From positions 1,638 through 65,637 of the forward strand of contig CAISWF010000170.1 in the NCBI GenBank assembly GCA_903889135.1: a DNA stretch of 64,000 nucleotides, in the 5' to 3' direction. Below, one piece after another: positions 1-7,721 of the stretch (position 1 is the stretch's first letter; each line of letters opens with the position of its first letter). A program made the translations under genes and the position numbers. The notes under the pieces were generated by a model, which was not told the origin of the DNA, did not search any database, and was given only the letters and a program-made list of their open reading frames with translations. Origin of the DNA: Candidatus Omnitrophota bacterium (lineage in GTDB: Bacteria > Omnitrophota > Gorgyraeia > Pluralincolimonadales > Pluralincolimonadaceae).

Positions 1-2
1 AG

Positions 3-1196
3 AAAGCCGCCGCTAAAAAAAATAAGGTTGTCCTGGAGAGGCTGCTGAAAAACGGCCATTACAGGCTTTTGGTCGGCGGCGAACAGTATCTTATCACAGG
101 CGTCTGCTACCAGCCGGTACCTCCGGGGAATGACTATAACTACAACTGGTGGGGCGATTCGGCGAAACCGTGGCTGGTCGACGGACAGCTTATGAAAGAT
201 GCCGGCATAAATACGGTGCGGATCTATCAGCCGGGGGAGAACCCGAAAGAGGTCAAGCAGGTCATAAATGACCTTTTCCAGAAATTCGGCGTGCGCACGA
301 TCCTCGGCCACAACTTGGGGATATACGATGTTCCGCCCCCCAATTATGCCGATGAAAGTTACAGGCAGCTGCTGAAGGAGCAGGTGTTGAATACAGTAAA
401 GACCTATAAGGATGAACCCGGGATATTGATGTGGGTATTGGGCAACGAGAATGATTATAGTTTTGACGACTCGATAGCCGCCTGGGGATCTCCCGAGCTC
501 GATGCGATAGCCGATCCGAAAGATAGGGCGAACGCTAAAGCGAAGATATATTATTCTTTCGTAAATGACATCGCAAGGGAGATAAAAAAGACAGACCCGA
601 ACCATCCGGTCGCTATGGGAAACGGCGAAACCTTCTATCTTGAGATCGCAAAGCCGTTGACGCCTGATGTAGACATACTCGGGCTTATCTCTTACCGCGG
701 TATAAGTTTCGGCAATACCTGGGAACAGGCTGATAAGCGCCTCGGAAAGCCCATAGTGTTGATCGAGTTCGGTTGCGACAGGTTCAACGCCCTCACGAAG
801 AAGGAAGACGAGGACGACCAGGTCAAGTTCCTCGTATCCCAGTGGAAGGAGATACTCCGTAATACTTGCGGCATGACGGGCAAGGGGACCGTGCTGGGGG
901 GGTGTATATTCGAATGGAACGATGAATGGTGGAAACACGACCCGTCCAATCCCGCGGGCTGGTTTGTCCAGGACGAGGCTGCCGGCTGGGCGAACGGCTC
1001 CTATTATTTCGATATCGAGGCCGAAGGCCACATGAACATCAACGAGGAATGGTTCGGTATCATCGGGCAGAGACTAGAGAAAGATAACGGAGTAAACAAG
1101 AGGATACCCAAAAAAGCGTATTACGCGCTTAAAGAATTATGGTCGAAGGGCTGCTTGGCAGTGGAGCCGCCCAGGGTGGGCAAAAAACCTAACTGA
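3..1196 (+). CDS. GH-A clan TIM-barrel glycoside hydrolase (GH2-like), 5'-truncated by window edge
   Basis: Frame open from base 3 with no upstream stop; WVLGNENDY acid/base motif, IEFG nucleophile motif, FEWNDEWWK. Confidence 0.75.
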   Translation, partial: KAAAKKNKVVLERLLKNGHYRLLVGGEQYLITGVCYQPVPPGNDYNYNWWGDSAKPWLVDGQLMKDAGINTVRIYQPGENPKEVKQVINDLFQKFGVRTILGHNLGIYDVPPPNYADESYRQLLKEQVLNTVKTYKDEPGILMWVLGNENDYSFDDSIAAWGSPELDAIADPKDRANAKAKIYYSFVNDIAREIKKTDPNHPVAMGNGETFYLEIAKPLTPDVDILGLISYRGISFGNTWEQADKRLGKPIVLIEFGCDRFNALTKKEDEDDQVKFLVSQWKEILRNTCGMTGKGTVLGGCIFEWNDEWWKHDPSNPAGWFVQDEAAGWANGSYYFDIEAEGHMNINEEWFGIIGQRLEKDNGVNKRIPKKAYYALKELWSKGCLAVEPPRVGKKPN

Positions 1197-1218
1197 TCCC
1201 TTAACGAAGTTAAGGGAT
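1196..1218. repeat. Perfect palindrome between convergent genes (REP-like or bidirectional terminator)
   Basis: ATCCCTTAAC-GAA-GTTAAGGGAT. Confidence 0.6.
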
Positions 1219-1228
1219 AATTAGCTCC

Positions 1229-2398
1229 TCAATCCCTTATGTGGGCGTCCGCGTATTGCGCTATCATCTCCGCGACTTTGGTGGGCGGGATGACCGAGAA
1301 GTAATGGTCGACGATGCAATGCGCTATCTCGTGGGCGAGGACGTTGGCTGAGACCTTCTCCTCGCTGGTAAAGAGGGTGTTTATTTTAAAGACGTAATAA
1401 GCTATGAACTTGTTGTCCTGGTTGAAGATCTCCACGTATACCCTGTCCAGGTCATTTTGCCCCTTGTAGATCCTGACGTTCAGCCGCAGGTCCTTAGGCC
1501 TCATATCAAGTATCTCCTGCACCTTGAAGAATATCAGGTCGAATTTATAGGCTATCTCATCCTTCGTATCATTCCCCGCTCGCACCGGTTTTTCCGTGAG
1601 GCCGAAGTCTATCTTGTATGTGTCTATCTTGTCGTTTACCGCCGCGAGGTCGACGCCGTCCTTAAAAAATACGGTGCAATAGAGGCTGTTTACGCTCGTC
1701 CAGTCGCTGCCGTCCGAAAACCTGTCGTCCGAAACGACGGTCGCTGAGGCGGTCGACGCGGCGAAGAGCAGGAGGAACAAAAATACGGGGGATATCCTGA
1801 AATAAGAGAGATTGTTCTTCACCTGCCCGATCTTTTTTTCGATATCGTCCAGTTTCTTCCCTATCTCACCTCCGGGTGCGTCTTTCGACCGCAGCAGGGA
1901 CCTTATACCTTTGACCTCTTCCTCCAGTTCCTTTATTTTGGCCTGCGAAGAGGAGAGGGGATTTTTCATGTTCTTGACCATGCCGTTTATTATATCGCTC
2001 AGGTCTTTAAACTCGTCATGCTCCCTTAAATGCACTTCTACGGTCAGGTTGCCCTTGCCTATCTCCGTAACGTCCTTTTCCAGGCGGTAGATGGGCCCGT
2101 AGATACGGTGTGATATATAAAGGAGTACCGCTATGGTCGCGAGGCTTACGAGCACGATCGCTATTATGCCGCTTGAGGCCAGGACCGGCAATATGTAGTC
2201 GGCGGTGCTCTTTACGACCAGCCTTAGGCCCTCGAAACTCGTCGTTAAGGTCTTATTTGTGAAAAGGAGGGATATAAAGCTCATTATGAGGCATGCCAAT
2301 ATCAGGAGGAGGCAGAATTTAAGCATGAAACTCGCCTGGAATTTTTTCTTTATGAAGTAATTCCTTCTCCTGTTCCTCTGGTCGGGAGCGTTTGTCAT
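1229..2398 (-). CDS. 2TM-HAMP membrane protein fused to a signal-peptide-like helix and a HEXXH domain
   Basis: RRRNYFIKKKFQ start, two TM helices, SHRIYGPIYRL HAMP start, internal VFLFLLLFAASTASA, C-terminal LAHEIAH. Confidence 0.7.
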   Translation of the reverse strand: MTNAPDQRNRRRNYFIKKKFQASFMLKFCLLLILACLIMSFISLLFTNKTLTTSFEGLRLVVKSTADYILPVLASSGIIAIVLVSLATIAVLLYISHRIYGPIYRLEKDVTEIGKGNLTVEVHLREHDEFKDLSDIINGMVKNMKNPLSSSQAKIKELEEEVKGIRSLLRSKDAPGGEIGKKLDDIEKKIGQVKNNLSYFRISPVFLFLLLFAASTASATVVSDDRFSDGSDWTSVNSLYCTVFFKDGVDLAAVNDKIDTYKIDFGLTEKPVRAGNDTKDEIAYKFDLIFFKVQEILDMRPKDLRLNVRIYKGQNDLDRVYVEIFNQDNKFIAYYVFKINTLFTSEEKVSANVLAHEIAHCIVDHYFSVIPPTKVAEMIAQYADAHIRD

Positions 2399-2868
2399 TT
2401 TATGTCTATCTTCTTAAGCACTTCTCTGTTAATGTCGATCTTCGTGTTCTTCTCGAGGTCGGCGATCCACGCCTTGATCATCCCGCTCGCTTTCTGGTTG
2501 CGGTCTTTTTCCGTCTCCGGTATCGAGGAGAGGATCTCTTCGGATCTCTTCTCTAAGAGCGACCGCAGGAGGCTCTGTTCCCAGAACCGCTCGACCATCT
2601 TCATGAATTCCGGGTCCCTGTCCAGGCCCTGGCGCCGGGCTTCCAGGAGCAGGACTTTCTTCTCTATTATTTCGCTAAGGAGCCTTTCCCTGGGGATTTT
2701 GTTGCGGTATTCGGGAGGATAGAGCGATAATTCTGAGAGAAAATCCTCCTTATATAAGGAATAATCGCCGATAACCGCGACTACCTCTTTTTTAGGGCTT
2801 TTTTCAGCGCAGCCGGCCGCGAAAAATACGGAACTCGCGACAAGTATTAAGGATATAAAATATCTCAC
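2395..2868 (-). CDS. Lipoprotein with SurA/PrsA N-terminal-like chaperone domain
   Basis: Lipobox FAAGC; LLSEIIEKKVLLLEARRQGLDRDPEF. Start moved to GTG 2868 because the TTG at 2904 coincides with a -35 box. Confidence 0.7.
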   Translation of the reverse strand: MRYFISLILVASSVFFAAGCAEKSPKKEVVAVIGDYSLYKEDFLSELSLYPPEYRNKIPRERLLSEIIEKKVLLLEARRQGLDRDPEFMKMVERFWEQSLLRSLLEKRSEEILSSIPETEKDRNQKASGMIKAWIADLEKNTKIDINREVLKKIDIK

Positions 2869-2875
2869 ATTCGTT

Positions 2876-2904
2876 ATTATAAGGGCTTTACTTCCTTTTT
2901 GCAA
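2876..2904 (-). promoter_or_regulatory. sigma70 promoter, likely leaderless transcript
   Basis: TTGCAA-17nt-TATAAT; GTG start 7 nt after the -10. Confidence 0.7.
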
Positions 2905-2915
2905 TATGTTAATTT
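2887..2915 (+). promoter_or_regulatory. Extended -10 sigma70 promoter for M48 gene, likely leaderless
   Basis: TTTACT-17nt-TAATTT with TGn extension; ATG 6 nt downstream; no SD. Confidence 0.5.
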
Positions 2916-2921
2916 AATACT

Positions 2922-3704
2922 ATGAAATTTCCAATTCTTTTGGTGCTTTTTCCCGTTCTCCTCTTCTCCGTGCCGGTTTACGCCGAGTATAACACCGTCA
3001 CGAACAGGGATGAGCCGGTCAATACGTCTACCGAGCAAGAGGTGGCCTTGGGCGATTCCATCGCCAAGCAGATCGAGAAGCAATATAAAGTCTCCGAAGA
3101 CAAGCATATGCAGGAGCGCGTGGAACTTATCGGCAACAGGCTGGCCAAGGTATGCGACCGCAAGGACCTCATCTATCATTTCAAGGTGCTGGATATCAAC
3201 GATATCAACGCCGTCTCCCTTCCCGGCGGATGGGTGTATATCTTCAAAGGGCTTATAACCAAGTGCAAGAACGACGATGAGCTGGCCGGGGTAATCGCCC
3301 ATGAAATCGGGCACATCTGCGCCCGGCATGCGATCAAACAACAACAGACCAGTTCTATAATGAACATCGCGATGATAGCCGCCGCGCTGGCCGGCGGCGG
3401 GCAAGGCGCCCAGGCGACCAGCCTCGCCCTGACATCCCTTATGGCGGCCTATTCGAGGGAAGATGAGTTCGAGGCGGACAGGCGGGCCGTCATTTACACT
3501 AAAAAGGCCGGTTACGACCCGTATGCCCTGGTAACTTTTATGCAGACCATGCACGAAGCCGAGAAGTTCCAGGTAAGGCCCTATTCGTATTTCAGGTCCC
3601 ATCCCTACGAAGGGGAGAGGATCGGCAATATCAACCGCCAGATAAACGGTACCATGGATTTCAAGGGTTGGATAAATAAGCCGCTCGACAGGGACAAGTG
3701 GTGA
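2922..3704 (+). CDS. Secreted M48 family zinc metalloprotease (BepA/YfgC-like)
   Basis: Signal peptide; INAVSLPGG, ELAGVIAHEIGH, YSREDEFEAD, SHP. Confidence 0.9.
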   Translation: MKFPILLVLFPVLLFSVPVYAEYNTVTNRDEPVNTSTEQEVALGDSIAKQIEKQYKVSEDKHMQERVELIGNRLAKVCDRKDLIYHFKVLDINDINAVSLPGGWVYIFKGLITKCKNDDELAGVIAHEIGHICARHAIKQQQTSSIMNIAMIAAALAGGGQGAQATSLALTSLMAAYSREDEFEADRRAVIYTKKAGYDPYALVTFMQTMHEAEKFQVRPYSYFRSHPYEGERIGNINRQINGTMDFKGWINKPLDRDKW

Positions 3705-3725
3705 CCCCGCCGCCCGAAAAAGGCA

Positions 3726-3754
3726 TTGAAAAAGCCCTTTAATATTGATAAAAT
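3726..3754 (+). promoter_or_regulatory. sigma70 promoter
   Basis: TTGAAA-17nt-TAAAAT followed by GGAGG SD before ATG 3776. Confidence 0.65.
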
Positions 3755-3775
3755 CATCACATCGGAGGACATCCT

Positions 3776-3967
3776 ATGAAATGCGATACATGCGGACGCG
3801 ACGTGCCTGAGGTGAGAAGGGTGGTAGTCGCCCCGGGATACGACAGGGCGTTGGCCAAGCCGGTCTACAATTGCCCGGAATGTTACGATAAGAAAGAGAA
3901 GGCCAAGAAGTATAACGCCCCTGAAAACCCAAGTCCCGCCGGAAGTGCGGGGCAAGAGAAAAAATAG
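3776..3967 (+). CDS. Small zinc-ribbon protein
   Basis: CDTC...CPEC; strong SD and own promoter. Confidence 0.75.
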   Translation: MKCDTCGRDVPEVRRVVVAPGYDRALAKPVYNCPECYDKKEKAKKYNAPENPSPAGSAGQEKK

Positions 3968-3973
3968 CCTCTC

Positions 3974-4588
3974 ATGCCCAACAAAATAAACGTGCTGGAT
4001 AGCGGGTATGTCGCGCTCGTCGATTCAATGGGCGGGGACAAGGCGGTCATAGAAGGCGCCCGCCGTTGTTACATGAGCGAACCGCAGGGTGAGTCTGCGG
4101 ACTCAAAACTCATCCGCCATTTAATAGCTAAGGACCACGGTACGCCGTTCGAGCACGCCTATTTCAGGTTCGATGTCAAATGTCCGATATTCGTCGCGCG
4201 CCAGTGGATCCGCCACCGCATCGGCACGTATAATGAGATGTCGCTGCGCTATTGCCTGGCCAAAAGGGATTTCTATACGCCTGAAAACCTGTCAGGTGAG
4301 GCGCTGGAAATATACAAAAAGACCATCAACGGCGCGTTTGATGCCTATGAAGCGATCGTCGCTTCAGGCGTAAAGCGCGAACAGGCCCGCGGCGTCCTGC
4401 CCCTTTCCTTATATACTCTTTATTACTGGACCGTGAACGCACGGTCACTGATGAATTTCCTTAAGCTGCGCCTCGACAAGGCCGCGCAGCCGGAGATCCA
4501 GGAATACGCGAAAGCGCTCCTCGAGATATTCAGGGAGACGATGCCCGTGACCGCGAAGGCTTTCGAAGAAAAGGTGATGCCAAAGTAA
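3974..4588 (+). CDS. thyX: FAD-dependent thymidylate synthase
   Basis: HGTPFEH and RHRIGTYNEMSLRY ThyX motif. Confidence 0.95.
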   Translation: MPNKINVLDSGYVALVDSMGGDKAVIEGARRCYMSEPQGESADSKLIRHLIAKDHGTPFEHAYFRFDVKCPIFVARQWIRHRIGTYNEMSLRYCLAKRDFYTPENLSGEALEIYKKTINGAFDAYEAIVASGVKREQARGVLPLSLYTLYYWTVNARSLMNFLKLRLDKAAQPEIQEYAKALLEIFRETMPVTAKAFEEKVMPK

Positions 4589-4592
4589 GTTA

Positions 4593-5231
4593 ATGGGATC
4601 CTCAGACCTGGCCAGCCCATCCCCGGAACAATTGATAGAAGGCTGCATAAAGAAGGATAAGCGTTCATGGGACATTTTCGTGGAACGCTACTCGAAAGTG
4701 GTATATTGGGCGATACGTGACAGGTTAAAAAGATTCGGTTATAATTTTGAAGACGAAGACATAAATGACATCCACCAGGATGTCTTTATCGCTTTATGGT
4801 CCGGCGATAAGCTCGCGCAGCTGAAGGAGAGGGATAAGGCCGCCGGATGGCTCGCGATGGTGGCCGGGAACGCTGCGATAGATTATTTCAGGAGGATGAA
4901 ACGGCAGTCCCCTCCTAATTCAATATCAATTTACCAGGAGATTTATAATAGCGGGGACGGCGAGGCGAGGACGCTCGAAGAGGTCCTGCCGTCCAAGGCC
5001 GCCGGGCCTGACATGGAAGCGCAATTGAACGATGCCCGTGAGATCCTGGAATCGGCCATCGAGAGTTTTAAGCCTAAGGAGAGGGCGGTCGTCAAACTCA
5101 ACCTCCTCCACGGGATGAAGCATGAAGAGATAGCGGATACGCTCAAAATCCCCGTAAATACCGTCTCTACGACGATAGCGCGGGCCAAGAAATACCTGAA
5201 AGAAAAGCTTGAAGGAAAGCGTCTATTATAG
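4593..5231 (+). CDS. ECF RNA polymerase sigma factor
   Basis: Region 2 DIHQDVFIALW/WL...NAAIDYFR; region 4 EEIADTLKIPVNTVSTTIARAK. Confidence 0.9.
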   Translation: MGSSDLASPSPEQLIEGCIKKDKRSWDIFVERYSKVVYWAIRDRLKRFGYNFEDEDINDIHQDVFIALWSGDKLAQLKERDKAAGWLAMVAGNAAIDYFRRMKRQSPPNSISIYQEIYNSGDGEARTLEEVLPSKAAGPDMEAQLNDAREILESAIESFKPKERAVVKLNLLHGMKHEEIADTLKIPVNTVSTTIARAKKYLKEKLEGKRLL

Positions 5232-5232
5232 T

Positions 5233-5718
5233 ATGGAAAAGAACATGACGAAGTTACATGATGCGACAGCCGTAAGATGCCCGGACGAGGCCTCGCTGGC
5301 CGCCTTCCTCGGAGGAAAGCTCAGGGAGGCAGAGGCGCGAGCAATCGAAGAGCATATAGCCGGCTGCACCGTATGCCTCGAGAGCGTAAGGGCCGGTTAC
5401 CTGGGAGAGAAATTGCATAATGAAGGGGACCTGCCGGCATCGGATACGGAAATAATACGGAAGGCGAAAGGTATAGTGAAGATGGATTCCAGAAATAAGA
5501 ATATCCGGGCAAACCTGTGGCTGTTTGCGACAGTCGCGGCGTTCCTGTCGTCATTTGCCGCGCCGAAATATTTCGCGCAATTCCTGGTTGCGGCGCTGAT
5601 ACTCGGCCTTAAGTGGGTCTCAGAGAGCGAAAACGTACGTACCATCATATTAGCTCTTCGCCATAGTTCGCAGGAAACAGATAAAGGGGCCAAAGAAAAG
5701 ATCAACAACAGATTTTAA
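5233..5718 (+). CDS. Zinc-binding membrane anti-sigma factor (ZAS)
   Basis: HIAGCTVC (HxxxCxxC), two C-terminal TM helices, follows the ECF gene; ATG at 5233 chosen. Confidence 0.8.
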   Translation: MEKNMTKLHDATAVRCPDEASLAAFLGGKLREAEARAIEEHIAGCTVCLESVRAGYLGEKLHNEGDLPASDTEIIRKAKGIVKMDSRNKNIRANLWLFATVAAFLSSFAAPKYFAQFLVAALILGLKWVSESENVRTIILALRHSSQETDKGAKEKINNRF

Positions 5719-6467
5719 TGAAAAGCCTCAATTTTTTTTCAGGCATGGCCTTGCTCTTAGCCACTGCATCGGTCCTTATCTGCGGGAATACGTCCGTTGC
5801 CGCGCAAAGTGTCCTGTCATTTTCCGGGCATGAGTGGAAGGTAAGGCCTTACGGGGCTTCGCGGCGCTCTCCCGGCCCTAATTATTATTCGGATAGCAGG
5901 GAAAATGCCTGGGTTGACGAAAAAGGGCAACTACATCTCAAGATCGTAAAAAAAGACGGCAACTGGTATTGCGTTGAGGTAGTCTGCGATAAGAGCCTCG
6001 GATACGGAACGTATACATTTTATTTGGCGAGCAGGGTAGATAGGATAAATGAGAATGCGATCCTGGGCCTGTTTACGTGGAGCGATTCTCCGGAATATGA
6101 CCATCGGGAGGTCGAGTTTGAATTTTCAAGGTGGGGCAATCCGTTAGACGATAACGCCCAATGCGTCGTCCAGCCCTACGAAGTCGAGGGGAACATGTCC
6201 AGGTTTAGTCTGGACATTAAGGGTGATTATTCTACGCATATTATTACCTGGAAAAAAGACTACATAAATTTTTTGAGTTTGCGCGGAGATAATCCTGTGC
6301 CGGCAGATGAAAAGGACAGGGTATTTTCCTGGAAATATACGGGTAGAGGCATTCCGGTCCCCGGCAACGAGAACGTAAGGATGAACCTTTGGTTATTTCA
6401 CGGGCAACCTCCGTCGGATGAAAAAGAAGTCGAAGTCATAATAAAGAGATTTGAATGGAGGCCATAA
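5718..6467 (+). CDS. Secreted GH16-like (beta-jelly-roll) protein
   Basis: Signal peptide; WVDEKGQLHL, LGYGTY, REVEFEFSRWG. Confidence 0.65.
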   Translation: MKSLNFFSGMALLLATASVLICGNTSVAAQSVLSFSGHEWKVRPYGASRRSPGPNYYSDSRENAWVDEKGQLHLKIVKKDGNWYCVEVVCDKSLGYGTYTFYLASRVDRINENAILGLFTWSDSPEYDHREVEFEFSRWGNPLDDNAQCVVQPYEVEGNMSRFSLDIKGDYSTHIITWKKDYINFLSLRGDNPVPADEKDRVFSWKYTGRGIPVPGNENVRMNLWLFHGQPPSDEKEVEVIIKRFEWRP

Positions 6468-6503
6468 CAAAAATTTTGGGCTTATTACATAGGGATAAGA
6501 TAA

Positions 6504-7721
6504 ATGGCCGATAGTAACAGGAAAGCCGCTTTTCAATTAATTATCGTGTTCGGGCTGGTCAGCCTCTTCGGCGACATCGTCTATGAGGGCGCGCGCAGTG
6601 TGAATGGCCCGTATTTAAAGACATTGGGCGTCAGCGCGGCCGTAGTCGGGTTTATCGCCGGGCTTGGAGAGTTTATAGGTTACGCGATACGCCTCGTATC
6701 CGGTTATTTCGCCGATAAGACAAAGGCATACTGGGTCTTCACTTTCTTGGGGTACGGGATGCTCATCTCAGTCCCGCTGCTCTCTTTGACGGGCGTCTGG
6801 CAGGTCGCGGCCCTTTTTATAATAATGGAAAGGTTCGGGAAGGCGTTAAGGGCGCCGGCAAGGGACACGTTAGTCTCTCAGGCGTCCAAGCAGATAGGGA
6901 CGGGCCTGGGTTTCGCGATATCCGAGGTCATGGACCAGATCGGCGCTTTAACCGGCCCGCTTATCCTCAGCGGGCTCTTCCTGGTCATCGGCACGCACGG
7001 CAATGAGATAGCCAAATACCAGAAAGGTTACAGCCTCTTCTGGATACCGTTCATTCTCGTCATGGCTTGTGTCACGTTCGCTTTCATAAAGATCCCGAAT
7101 CCGGAAAAACTGGAGATGGCCGTAAAGAAAGCCCCGGAACCGGACAAATTATCAAAGACATTCTGGCTTTATACGGTTTTCACGTTTATTACGACGATGG
7201 GTTTCGTGAATTTCGCGCTCATAGGTTATCATTTCAAGGCGAAGAACGTCCTCTCCGATGCCCAGATACCGCTTTTCTACGCGGTCGCCATGGCTGTCGA
7301 CGGCATAGCCGCCTGGTTTATCGGCACCCATTACGACCGGCTCAAAAAGAGGAGCAACAACGAGAAGGCCGGGCTCGGCGCGCTGCTGATCATCCCGCTC
7401 TTTTCGATTTTTATACCGGTTTTCGCTTTTTCCCTTAATTTCACATTTGCCCTGATAAGCGCTATTATCTGGGGAGTAGTCATGGGAATACACGAGACGA
7501 TAATGAAATCCGCCATCGCCGATCTTACCCCGATGAAGAAGAGGGGGACGGGATACGGCATATTCAATACGGCTTACGGCCTCGCGATGTTCGTCGGAAG
7601 CGCGGCCATGGGATTGCTTTATGACCATTCCATTGCGGCGGTGATAGCGGTTGCGATCGCCTTGCAGATCTTCTCGATACCCGTTTTCTTTTTAATGAGG
7701 AAGGAAGCCTATGGAACCTGA
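6504..7721 (+). CDS. MFS transporter
   Basis: About 12 hydrophobic helices; SGYFADKT, ERFGKALRAPARD. Confidence 0.9.
   Translation: MADSNRKAAFQLIIVFGLVSLFGDIVYEGARSVNGPYLKTLGVSAAVVGFIAGLGEFIGYAIRLVSGYFADKTKAYWVFTFLGYGMLISVPLLSLTGVWQVAALFIIMERFGKALRAPARDTLVSQASKQIGTGLGFAISEVMDQIGALTGPLILSGLFLVIGTHGNEIAKYQKGYSLFWIPFILVMACVTFAFIKIPNPEKLEMAVKKAPEPDKLSKTFWLYTVFTFITTMGFVNFALIGYHFKAKNVLSDAQIPLFYAVAMAVDGIAAWFIGTHYDRLKKRSNNEKAGLGALLIIPLFSIFIPVFAFSLNFTFALISAIIWGVVMGIHETIMKSAIADLTPMKKRGTGYGIFNTAYGLAMFVGSAAMGLLYDHSIAAVIAVAIALQIFSIPVFFLMRKEAYGT

Noticed and set aside
7650-7721. c-di-AMP riboswitch upstream of the KimA-like permease
   Set aside because: The gene overlaps the MFS gene, leaving no leader.
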